Source: Lama guanicoe (taxonomy: Eukaryota). From it: a DNA stretch of 64,000 bases. The notes beneath the pieces were generated by a model. The model saw only the letters and a program-made list of their open reading frames with translations. It was not told the origin of the DNA and did not search any database. The stretch covers positions 1,240,001 through 1,304,000 of the forward strand of contig MU054738.1 of NCBI GenBank assembly GCA_013239625.1, read 5' to 3'. Below, piece after piece: positions 41,245-53,445 of the stretch. Within the stretch, counting starts at the first letter, position 1. The number at the start of each line of letters is the position of its first letter. The translations under genes and the position numbers were made by a program.

Positions 41245-43507
41245 TAAGCAGATGCCTGATTAGGAATGCCTGTTGATAGGAAAACATGATTCATAAAAGG
41301 AAAAAAACCCAACAAAACTAGTTTAAAAATACCTGGAAAATATATTCAACCTCATCAATAGTCTAAGACATGAAAACTAAGACAAAATAACAATTTTTGC
41401 CTATCAAATTTGCTAATTAAAAAAAAAATCCTAACAGAATGTGATGAGAATTCTCATATGTTATTGCCAGGAACATTAACTGTTTTTATCTTTTTGAAAA
41501 GGCACATTGTATTCAATTGTTATATAATTGCATTTAATTATACACATCAAGAATAGTAAAATTTCTTCTTGATACAATAATTCCACTTCTGAAGGAATAA
41601 ATCTAAATTTGATTAAAAGCCCCCACCCCAAGATCTATATTTGCAAAATTATTTAAAATAGTAAAATGTTAAAAACAATTTTAATGTCTAAAAACCAGAG
41701 AATGATTAAAAGATTTTGGCTAACAATGCTCAATAAATCTTATGAAACCATTAAAAATATTTATAAAATTTAAATCATGACATGACAACTACTGGAATGA
41801 GGGTTTATAATAAGCCTATCTACGAGGTAAATATAATTATTACCATTTTTCAGAAAAGGAACTTGAAATTTACGGTCTAACATTATATGAATTACTCAAG
41901 TCAGCGGGTGGTACAGCCAACATTTTAACTCTGTTCTCTCTGACTCATAGTTACCACATTATACTGCTTCCTGTTAGGACATTTGGGCAAAAAAAAAAAA
42001 AAAAAGCAAGCTACAAAAATCTGTAATGTAATGATCAAAACAAAAATATTCTGCTTGAAAAACAAAAAGGATTGGCGTGAATTATGGTGGGAAATTGATG
42101 ATTTCTTTAAAATCTTTCCACTTTCTGATATTTTTATAATTTTCTGTAGTGAGTAAAGAATTTTAGGATTTCAAATTAGGAGATATTATTTTGCTGAAAT
42201 AACTAAGTAAAAAGTACATCAAACGCCACACCAATGTATTCTGCGTCTTTAAACCTTAGAACAAGTGCTGCCATTCCATGATTATCCTACCCTGAGATAA
42301 AATGTAACTCTGTGAAGTCTGCAGGGGAAATAACTGAATGACTTTTCTGGAGTACATTAGTACCATCTCTGTCACACTTAGGATGATCTTCTAAGTTAGC
42401 GGTACAATTAAAGCTGCACATAATATTCTCCTTTGGTAATATGGTCAATCCTAAAGAATAATTAAATTTTAATACTAAGTTACTATTCATAAGGGACCTT
42501 GTTAGTAGGTCACCATCAATATGTAATTAAGCTGGATATTACTGGATTCGTTGCTTCTCCCTTTACCTCTGAATTTTGGAGAAGTTTTATTCAAATTATA
42601 TCAATCAACCAGTATCTTTTTGGCATCTACTAAGTGAAGGCACAGGACCGAAGTACTATGGAGGAGAAAATGATGAATTTGGGAGGCACAAGACACACAG
42701 ACCAGTGAAACAAGGTGGCATTTAGTCAGCGCCCACGGGGGGTCTGGGGGTTGAGGGGAGGATCTTCACTTTCCCATGGAGGAGAAACTTCTCAGTGGGA
42801 TGTATTTCCTTTTTGTCTCTGCCTTTCCCACTAGCCTCTGTCCCATCTCATCCTTTTCTTTTCTCCTTCCTTCCATTCCTCCCTCCTTCCCCCCTCCCCT
42901 GCTTCTCCCTTCTTCCCCAGAAAATATATATTATCTCTATACATACATATATGTGACCAAAATATGAAAGTGAGAATATTCCAAAGCAGATTCCAAAACT
43001 GGGGAAGATGGATGCAAATGGGACCAGGAAGACCGGAGTGTCTAGACACTAGGGGTGCTATGACGTTAGTCTCCTCCCTCTGTCTGGAACCTCCCCCGTA
43101 GGAGTGTGGGTTCTTCCTTTAGTTGTAAGCAGCCAAGACCAGCTCAACTGAAGGACCTGGAAGGATCAGGTCTGACCGACAAAATCAGCGGAGCAGCTGG
43201 CAGCCAGGCCCGGGGCTCAAACTCTGAAGGCCCCAGTGACACATGGCAGGTGCCTGAGGAAGGAAACAGCATGCTAGTGCTCACATGGGTGCTGACGATG
43301 GAGTTATAACTGAGTAATAAAAATATTTTCAATAAGACCACCTCTTCACAGATTTTGGAATGAAGAGGCTTCAATAACAATGGGGAATAATATGTTAAAA
43401 ATTGAGACAGTGAACAAATTATTTACTAAGTCTCACAAAGTGATCTTTCACAAAGGCAGTATTTTTTCTTTTTAATTTTAGTTCCTTAATTCTAAAAGTA
43501 ACAAAAT

Positions 43508-43646
43508 ATTCAGTTTCTTGCAATGAGCAGTAATGGAAAAGTATCTGAAAAAAAAATATGTATAATGTATGACTGAATCTCTTTGCTGTACACCTGGAAC
43601 TGATCTTGTAAATCAACTACACCTCAGTGAAAAATAAGAATTAAAG
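43508..43646 (+). mobile_element. Short L1 3' end with perfect 13-bp TSD
   Basis: AAAGTAACAAAAT at 43495-43507 and 43647-43659; L1 tail motifs between. Confidence 0.88.
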
Positions 43647-44616
43647 AAAGTAACAAAATCACAAATTCCATAAATTTAAAAGACAATAATTACCCATAAT
43701 CCCACCATCTTCCCCAAATCGGTGTTACCATTTTTATTATTCACATTTTTCTATGGTTTTGACTACTTGTGAGACTGAACGTTTTTCCAAGTTTGCTTGC
43801 TATCTTAATTTCTTCTTTTATATGTCCTATTCAGTAGACTGGATAAGATTTTTGTCAGTGTTCTGATTAAATCAGCACATCAAGGTCTCAAACCTGCCAG
43901 CGGTGAAGGAGAAACATACTAAGAAAAACAACAGGAAAGATGGAGGTGAAAGAATCACCTTTGCCATTTCCAAGCATATGAATATCTGTTAGGTGACCTT
44001 GCTCTAAGTGTGCAGCTCGCTAAAACACAAATCCCAATTTTATAGGGTAGAACATAAATTGAGAACCCTCCTAGGGAATTCTCCTCGTGTCAGCCAGCAT
44101 CCTAAGTGCCTGACTTTCCTGGTTGGTTTACAGTATGTTTATTCCCATATTCCAAATGTTCACAGCTGCCAGGGCTGCGACCCACGGTTACAGGCTGTAA
44201 CAGCATGTCTTGCACATCCCAAGTACCCAATAAGCAATCGGTGATTGGTTCTTACCGTCCATCGGAATGAAAGGCACACACAGAAAGCGTATTGAATAAA
44301 GTGGTGTGTCGTTAAGCAGTAGAAGTTTATTGAGCCAATACTTCGAGCACATAGAGTACAGAATAAACGCTTTATCATCGCATCAGAAGCAGGGGAGATC
44401 TAGAGGTTCAATAAACCAGGGGAACTGAGAAGATCCCTTTAAATAGTGTTATTAAAAATATCCATACAGATGGGTATTCTGTGACTTTGTATTAAGTTTT
44501 TCAACACCAAGAGTGTTTATTCTCTTACTCATTGTGGCACTTATTCCAAGAAAAATATACACTCAGTCTATAAGTAATTTATCCACATTTTGATTATTGA
44601 TGCTTTTTTTTTTAAG

Positions 44617-44620
44617 GTAA
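44617..44620 (+). CDS. CLUL1: CLUL1 terminal exon coding part (G of Trp codon plus TAA), followed by 3'UTR to ~44900
   Basis: T-tract-aag|G TAA; joined CDS 1398 nt = 465 aa; downstream 'gatctgatgcatccta' resembles human CLUL1 3'UTR (recalled). Confidence 0.75.
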
Positions 44621-44871
44621 GATCTGATGCATCCTACACCCGGCAAGCAGAATTACCTCTTCAGCTGAGACCTGAAAATCCCAAAACGTACAAGAAGATA
44701 CAGTAAACATAGTTACAGGAAAGAATGTCAGTTACATATGGTAAAGTACTGTTAATTTTCTTATGTTGAATGGCAGTTTGAGTTATTCCAATTGAGTTAA
44801 AATGAAAATTCCTTTTTAAGAAAATCAAATGTAAATATTACTGCATTCTATGGTATATTAGTAACTTGTAT

Positions 44872-44884
44872 ATTAAATATTAAA
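44872..44884 (+). terminator. CLUL1: Tandem ATTAAA polyadenylation signals, probably CLUL1
   Basis: ATTAAA at 44872-44877 and 44879-44884, ~250 nt after the stop. Confidence 0.5.
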
Positions 44885-45044
44885 TCACCAAGGTGTCCGT
44901 GCCTATTACTTCTGCTACAAATATGCCACTTCCTAATTAACAAAGGATTCTTCTTTCAATTTGCTTTTGAGTTTATAATGTGTAATACTTAACTTTTTGA
45001 AAAAAATCTGTAATTCATTCCTTTGTTTAGTAAAGACCTATAAC

Positions 45045-45540
45045 NNNNNNNNNNNNNNNNNNNNNNNNNNNNNNNNNNNNNNNNNNNNNNNNNNNNNNNN
45101 NNNNNNNNNNNNNNNNNNNNNNNNNNNNNNNNNNNNNNNNNNNNNNNNNNNNNNNNNNNNNNNNNNNNNNNNNNNNNNNNNNNNNNNNNNNNNNNNNAAC
45201 TCTGTCTGCAGTAAGCAGTAACTCCCATCTCTCCCCCAGTCCCCNNNNNNNNNNNNNNNNNNNNNNNNNNNNNNNNNNNNNNNNNNNNNNNNNNNNNNNN
45301 NNNNNNNNNNNNNNNNNNNNNNNNNNNNNNNNNNNNNNNNNNNNNNNNNNNNNNNNNNNNNNNNNNNNNNNNNNNNNNNNNNNNNNNNNNNNNNNNNNCC
45401 TTCTTAAGACTGAGTTCTACTCCACTGCATGTGTGTATTGCATTTGGTTTATCCATCCGTCCATAGATGGATGCTTTGGTAGTTTCCATCTTTTGGCCAT
45501 TGTGAAGAGTACTGCCATGCATATGGGTGGACCACAGAGT
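45045..45540 (-). mobile_element. L1M 3' region, largely hidden by two N-gaps (45045-45197, 45245-45398)
   Basis: Visible parts 'agtaactcccatctctcccccagtcccc' and 'tttatccatccgtcc...tttccatcttttggccattgtgaa'. Confidence 0.7.
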
Positions 45541-46084
45541 TTTTAAAAAATTAATACAACAGTGCTCTCTTTTAACAAGATCATACATATTTTACGTAAA
45601 ACACAAGACTGACACTTACATATCTCAGAATCTGGACCTGGGGGCAGTACAATGAGAGGAGAGTCATTTGCTTTGTATGGCACTAAGGATTACCCTGGGG
45701 GTATATTTATAGTCAGTCCTTCAAATTATGAAAAGAAATATAATTAAAGAGAAGACTCAAGACCTTTAAAGCATTTTTCACCCAGTCTTGAGCAATTGGA
45801 TAAAAAGACTTGGCAGAGGAAGTTCAGGGGCAGCCCACTGAATATAGTGAACTCCAAATGAAGACAAATTCTTTCCTATCATAACCAAAAGCTATTTTTT
45901 AAAAGGTAGTATTGATAGACTCCTGGAATCCTTAATGTACAGTAAATCTCACACTGAGCCTATTCAGCCATACATTTGATGTATTTGTCACAGAAGGCGC
46001 CAAAAAATAAGATATAATGGGAACCTGACTATTTTATAGCTGATGTGCTGTCAAAACCTTGTAGAGTGAAGACGGAAAAGGCAG

Positions 46085-46310
46085 TGGTCAGGCTCAAAGC
46101 AGAGAAAAGCCTTTGGGGGCAGGCTGACCCGGATTTTAATCCTAGCTGTCAGATTTTCTAGGTGTTTGCCTAGGCGAGATCCTTAATCTCTCTAAACCCC
46201 AGTGTCTTTATCTATAAAATGATAAAAAGTAATAGTTTTTGCTTTTTGGGGAGGCTGTGAGAACTACAGTAAATAATCCATAATGAGAAGCATCAGTAAA
46301 TGGGAGCTTT
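46085..46310 (+). mobile_element. MIR SINE
   Basis: 'ccttaatctctctaaaccccagtgtctttatctataaaatg'. Confidence 0.7.
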
Positions 46311-49300
46311 AACAATATAAATAATACTATTATTATTTAGTTCCTGACTCACAGTTGGCTCTCAGGAAGTTTAGTTTCCTGCTTTCCTTTATCTAATTGG
46401 GCCAATATTTTTGAGAGTTTATTGTGTAAGGAACCACAATCCAGACCAACAACCAGTCAGTGGTTTTTGCTGTCATACACCTGAAAGGAAACCTGAAAAA
46501 ATGTATATATGCCCTTGCACATAATTTTTCAATATAAATTGAGAATAGGAAATTTTAATTTTCCCATGTATGGTAAATATTAGTATCTTAAAACTTATCT
46601 CATCTCTCTTTAGAATGTGCCCAATGGAATCTACATATCATGGCAATTTGATACCTAATATCATCCATTTAAACAAATATACAAATAAGTTTTTCTTTTA
46701 ATAATAATAAATTTTATCTCATTCCATTTTTTTCCTTAAACTCTTATTTTCAGTCTACTTTGTTTAGAGAATTTTATTCTAATGTAATAATTTTTTATGT
46801 TTAAACACCTTTATTGATCAATCAAATGTAAGTATTTTTAAATTTTGAAAGTTAAAATTTCCCTAGGACACAAAAACCTAGGTATCAAATTCATTCTGGA
46901 TTGAGTTATCATTGTAATTTATTATTTGTACCCAATTGATCAAAATAATGAGTATCTTACACATTTCTATGACTATTAAACAGTGAAATTTTTAACAGAA
47001 ATAGATCTCTTAAAAAGAAGAAAGAGCTTTTCTCCCCTGCATAAGTTAATAGATCCATTAGTAATTGTTATTTCTTCCTAGAATGAGATATGATTGAGCA
47101 TCAGTATCATCCTTATCTTGCGTTTTTATGGATGCAGGCGCAGTGAAGACTGGTTGCTACCATACATTGAGTTTGCAATGCCCTTTCCCCAGATCTCTGC
47201 CTTCTGGTTTCTTCTCACTCAGATGTGACCTCCCCAGGGAGGCCTCCCCTAGTGGTGGGATCTAAGTAGTCCCCCTGAACCCGGTTACATCATCATCATG
47301 GCACCTGTCACTGCAGACGCCTTGTTCCAGGGACTTCCTCTCAGCTAGAGTCTCAGTTCTGTGAGAGGAACCTTGTCTATTTCGCTCCTCGGTGACTTAT
47401 GGTGGGCATTGTGATAGAAATGCTCTTGGATGAGTGAATGAATGATTTGCTTGTCTGAGCGGAGCATTCATTCACTGATGGAGCAGCCACAGGGAAAGGA
47501 ACAGTTCTCTCTCCGTTATCATCCAACCAAGATCCTCTGAGTCCCACAACGGAAGAGGAATCTCCTCACTGGCAGGGGAACCTAAGCTAGTGTCCTGAGA
47601 TTCACCCTGGAGTACAACTGATCCTCCACAGGAACAATTAAACTTGGCTCGAAATAACAAAAGGAAAATAAACACAGAGAGTAACTGCAACTAGACAGTC
47701 TGGGACATTTTCAGCCTGGGCCCCTGCACGTGGTTGGGAACGCGTGGAAACACTTTTGGTTGCTGTGGGGTTGGGGGAATCCCTGCATTCACTCGGCCTC
47801 GCGCCCTCGCCTACAGCCACAGCAGTTAATAAGTAGGACGACCCCGCCCAGCGAATCTTGCGCCTACACGCGGCATTTCAGCTTCTTACACCCAGGAGGG
47901 CTCTCAAGCTACTCCAACGTTAAGTCCCCATTCCTGTCTAAAGCCTGTTTTCTGAGTTCAGGTTTTCTTACAGAGCAGTCTTTTCCCAAATGACCATCAG
48001 AAAGAATGCCCATGGCGTCTGGAGACAGCCCACCACACCCACCCTATCCAGGCAGTACAACACAACACAGGCCGACCATCAGTCCCAAAGCAGACACAGG
48101 TGACTCTTTAATTATTATTACGCTAGTGTGAGGGTAGGGGTGGGGGTGGGACTAAGGGTGGGATGGGGAAGGTGCTGGGAGAGGGGAAGAAGGAATGTTG
48201 TTGACCTAGGAAAAGCCAGCCCAGCAGGTGATGGATTAAATAGATTAAATAGATTTAAAACATCTTCTTATCCTTAACCCAGTGCATTTCAGTTTACTCT
48301 TTGTGAGCACTCATACAAAACAGCAAGAACTTTCCAACTATGAGGCTTGTGAAATGTTCCCTAAAACACTTTCTTAGTCTATTCTTACTATTTGTTTTCC
48401 TGTCCAATTAACCCAAATGGCCAGCTATTTTGTAAATTGTCTTCGGGATTAGATTTATTTTATACAGGCTTTGTGTCACATAAAGGCACAGATTCAACAT
48501 GGTCTTTGCTGAGATTAGTCAGAGCGGCAGATGAAAGATAATTACCTCCTCCTAGAATGTTTATTTTCCTGTTAACAAAAATTTTAACCTTGAGTTTAAG
48601 AAATGCCCTTTAGCAGAAAGATTCCAGAATCTTGTACAGACAATAAACTTGAGATAATGGGGTCGACAGGCAGGGACTGGGGGGTGGGGCGGGGTAGAAG
48701 AAAGAGAAAAGAAAAAACATCAAGCTGTATTGAATGGCAAGAAATAGTGACGGAGCTTTTATCTTATTCTTCATAACCTCAGATGCAGCAACAACAAAAA
48801 AATTGATTGAGCATCTTCTATGTGCTCAATAGACAATTGTTGATTCAAGGCTTCTGTTATATGTACAATCCATGTATTAGTACCTTTTAAACCCATTATC
48901 AAATAGTCCTTACCCACTAGTGTTTATATTAAAAACATTTCACTAAAATCGAAAGCTTTGGTATTCAAAGCTTGGAAAACGGATGGCTGTCATTAATCAA
49001 GTAAAAAAAAAAAAACCTGCCTTATCCCACTTGCTCCAGCTGCCGGCCTTGAGTGAGGATGGGGCAAAATGGAAATACAGATCACCTGACAGCCGCCCCC
49101 TTTAGTTGCAGAAAACATCTCAAATAACAGGGTGCTCCCTTTGTTTATGCTTAGATTTCACGAACACGTGGGGATTGTTCCAGATTGCCCTTGATCACCG
49201 AAAGGTGCGGTCGACCCCAAAACTTTCCAAGTAAGTGGCCATTCTCCGCCAATGCACCAAGATACAGGCTTTAGGATTTCTTCCTAGGCCAAAGTTTCTT

Positions 49301-49319
49301 GACTTTTAAAACGGGCTAA

Positions 49320-50260
49320 AAGAGACGCGATTCGGGAAGGGCAGCGCGCTCCCAGAAAGCGAGGGGCGGGGCCCGCGCGCTCGGGGCGGGACCGACGTCA
49401 CCTAAGCGTCACCGGAAGAGGCGGGGTCTCCGAATTGGTGGCGGGAAAAGAGGTGTCTGGAAAAGTCCCGGCGGACTCACCAGCCGCCCGCCCCCCTCCG
49501 GTACCCGCACCCACGCCCGCACCATGCCCGCCGCCGGCTCCGAACTGCCGCGCCCACCGTCACCGCCCGCCGCGCAGGAGCGGGGCGCCGAGCCGCCGTC
49601 GCCGCCGCCGCACGGGGAGCTGCAGTACTTGGGGCAAATCGAGCACATCCTCCGCTGCGGCTCCCGGAAGGACGACCGCACGGGCACCGGCACCCTGTCG
49701 GTGTTCGGCATGCAGGCGCGCTACAGCCTGAGAGGTGAGGCGGCCGCGCCAAGCGGGCGGGCCGGCGGGAGCGGGGGCTGCGCGCGGCGCTGCGGCGGGG
49801 GAGCGCTCGGGAGAGGCGGGGCCGCGCGGTCGGCGTTCAGTCCTCACCTCAACCCTGTGAGGTGGGGAAGCGTCCTTGGCCCCGCTCTTCAGACCCCTAG
49901 ACGGGGGCTCGGATTAGAGGAATGACTTGCGTAGGGTCACATGGGCAGGAGGGACAGAGCTGGGAGGTAAAGCCAGGTCCTCTGGCCCTTAACCACCCCG
50001 TTATGCGGTCTCCCCAAAGCGGGCACGATGCGCTAGTGTTTGCTCCAGACTGGAGGCGGGGAGAGGACTTGCCCGGGCTTGACCGAGGCCTTGGCCGTAG
50101 GGCCCCTTTTTGCCCCTCCCCGTCCCGCCGCGTGTAAGCCGTTCTGCTTTGCAAAGTTTTAAAAAATTGGAGCGAAAGTGGCGTGGGCGGGGCCGCGGCG
50201 GGAGAAGAGAGCTGAGAGGCAGGGGCGGGAACTTGATTCCCGACCGTTTTCCCAACGGTC
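49320..50260. promoter_or_regulatory. TYMS: CpG island and TATA-less TYMS promoter
   Basis: Dense CpG; GC boxes 49363-49371 and 49383-49390, CRE-like GACGTCA 49394-49400, ETS CCGGAAG 49412-49418, E2F GGCGGGAAA 49440-49448. Confidence 0.9.
49524..49734 (+). CDS. TYMS: Thymidylate synthase exon 1
   Basis: gcaccATG; MPAAGSEL...[41 protein letters not shown] g|gtgagg. Confidence 0.98.
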
Positions 50261-51449
50261 CCTCTTAAACCTTGAAACAAAGGCAAGATTCTGAGCCGAG
50301 TAGTTCTTTCTTTTCCTTTAAAACGGCGACTCCTGGGAAGAAGTGTCTATTGGGGGTTGTTAGGGTCAGGCTGACAGGGGACCAAGGGGCGGGATAGGGG
50401 TCGGCACCGGACATAGATCCATGAAACAGGTGTGGAGGGTCGTTTTGAGTGGGGAGACCCGCTAGCGGTGAAGCAGAATCACCGAGATGTGGGGAGAAAC
50501 CCTCCACCTCACACCCAGTTCTGGAGGCTAGGAAATACGGGGCTATAGTGGCGGATCTGGCTGGGGCAGCTTGGGCAATTTTGTCGGAGCCGAGGGTTCA
50601 TCTTCCTGCAGCTCCAGCGCAGTGGCCTCCAGTGAGCCACAAACCCCCTTTTTTCTCCATCCCCTCTGCTTAGACCTTGGGCAAGTTGCTTAACCTCTCC
50701 TATCTTCAGCTTCGCCATATGCTCAAAATGGAGGAAATAATCCTCCAAACGGTGGGTAGTAGGTGCTTGCGGAATCCATCCACGTCACATGAATAGCAAC
50801 TGTACGACTTATGATGTGGACTGAATGGGTACCAAATTTACAGATAAGCTTTTATATTTTTATTTCTCTATTGCTTGATGCAAACTTATAGAGATCATAA
50901 GGGAGCCTCGAGTGTTGTTTTGAGGATTAAGTTGGATCATGCATATCAGATATTTAGGCAGTTAACTTTCTGGTACACTTAAAAAATAGAGATTAATTTG
51001 CTTTGCAAATATTTTAAAACTATTCAGATTTGGCCAGAGCCATATCAACTATCCCCTGGTTGTGAGCAAGTTTTCCCTGGCAGAATGATCATGGAATAGT
51101 CTTCAGACTTTGTCCTAGGGCACATTTTGTAGATTGTCTTCACACCTCTTGGAAGGGTTTACACTAGGTAGTGGAGGGTAGCTCTTCCCTGTCTGTGGGC
51201 ATCCCTGCCCCACCTCATTGTGTGGAACTCCTGTGTCCTGTGATCAAGGGGCTCAGGAGGGTGGGCTCAGTCTGAACTGTGTCCTGACTTGGGACTGCAG
51301 CCTGGGAGCTCCACTCTGATCAGAGGGGCCCAGAGGGTAGAAGCTGCAGTTTTCCAGCTGCTCCTGCGGTCACTCCTGGGCCTAATGTCCTGGGGGCAGT
51401 TTGCTTCCACAGAGAAAGTTGGATGGCATGTTCAGTTTTCCCATCTTGA

Positions 51450-51578
<129 letters not shown>

Positions 51579-51687
51579 TAGTCTGTTCTCAATATAGCAC
51601 CAGCGAGATCCTTTTAAGAGTCAGATCATGTCACTCCTCAGCCTAGGTTTGGTTTGGGGGCGGTGGTGGGGGGAGGTATATATATAT

Positions 51688-53445
51688 ATTTTTACTGAAG
51701 CATAGTCAGTTTACAATGTTGTGTCAATTTCTAGTGTACAGCACAATGCTTCAGTCATACATGAACATACATAATATTCGTTTTCATATTCTCTTTCACC
51801 ATAAGTTACTGATATTGAATATAATTACCTGTGCTGTACAGTATAAACTTGTTATTTATCTATTTTTTATACATTAGTTAGTATCTGCAAATCTTGAACT
51901 CCCAACTTATCCCTTCCCACCTCTTCCCCACTCCCCAACCATAGGTTTGTTTTCTATGTCTTTGAATCTGCTTCTGTTTTGTAAATAAGTTTTTTTTTCT
52001 TTAAGATTTCACGTATAAGTAAAATCATACAGTATTTTTCTTTCTCTTTCTGGCTTCGCTTAGAATGACATTCTCCAGGTCCATGCATGTTGCTGCAAAT
52101 GGCATTGTTTTATTATTTTTTATGGCTGAGTAGTATTCCATTGTGTGTGTGTGTATACACCACAACTTCTTTATCCAGTCATCTGTCAGTGGACATTTAG
52201 ATCGTTTCCATGTCTTGGCTATTGTAAATAGTGCTGCTATGAACATAGGGATGCATGTGTCTTTTTGAATTAAGGTTCNNNNNNNNNNNNNNNNNNNNNN
52301 NNNNNNNNNNNNNNNNNNNNNNNNNNNNNNNNNNNNNNNNNNNNNNNNNNNNNNNNNNNNNNNNNNNNNNNNNNNNNNNNNNNNNNNNNNNNNNNNNNNN
52401 NNNNNNNNNGTTCCCTTTTTTCCACACCCCCTCCAGCATTTATTGTTCATGGACTTTTGAATGATGGCCATTCTGACTGGTGTGAGGTGATAGCTCATTT
52501 AGTTTTGATTTGCATTTCTCTGCTAATTAGCGATATTGAGCATTTTTCATGTGCCTATTGGCCATTCATGTATCTTCATTAAAAAATTACTTGTTTAGAT
52601 CTGCCCATTTTTGGATTGGGTTTTTTTTTGTTGTTGTTATTAAGTTGCATGAGCTGTTTATATGTTCTGGAGATTAAGCCCTNNNNNNNNNNNNNNNNNN
52701 NNNNNNNNNNNNNNNNNNNNNNNNNNNNNNNNNNNNNNNNNNNNNNNNNNNNNNNNNNNNNNNNNNNNNNNNNNNNNNNNNNNNNNNNNNNNNNNNNNNN
52801 NNNNNNNNNNNNNNNNNNNNNNNNNAGACTGCCCTAGGAGAGCATTGCTGAGATTTATATCAGATGATGTTTTGCCTATGTTTTCTTCTAAGAGGTTTAT
52901 TGTCTTGTCTTATGTTTAAGTTTTTAAGCCATTTTGAGTTTATTTTTGTGTCTGGTATGAGGGAGTATTCTAACTTCATTGATTTACATGCTGCTGTCCA
53001 GTTTTCCCAACACCATTTGCTGAAGAGACTGTTTTTACTCCATTGTATGTTCTTGCCTCCTTTGTCAATGATTAATTGACCAAAGTTTGTGGGTTTATTT
53101 CTTGGCTCTCTATTCTGTTCCATTGATCTATATGTCTGTTTTTGCACCAATACCATGCTGTCTTGATTACTGTAGCTCTGTAGTATTCTCTGAAGTCTGG
53201 GAGGGTTGTTCCTCCAGCTTCTCCCTCTTTTTCTTCAGTAATGCTTTGGCAATTCTGGGTCTTTTGTGATTCCATATAAATTTTAGGAGTATTTATTTCT
53301 AATTCTGTGGGAAATGTCCTGGGTAGTTTGATAGGGTCACATTAAATCTGTAGATTGCTTTGGGTAGTATGGCCACTTTTAAATTTCTTCTTTGATTTCA
53401 TCGTTGACCCATTGGTTTTTTAGTAGCATGTTTAGTCTCCATGCT
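51688..53445 (-). mobile_element. Camelid-type L1 in TYMS intron 2 (antisense), internally deleted, two N-gaps
   Basis: Minus-strand ORF2 peptides [44 protein letters not shown]; 3'UTR towards 51688. Confidence 0.93.

Noticed and set aside
44989-45588. 199-aa ORF (and the X-containing ORFs at 52025-52919)
   Set aside because: Length inflated by N-runs; visible parts are L1 remnants
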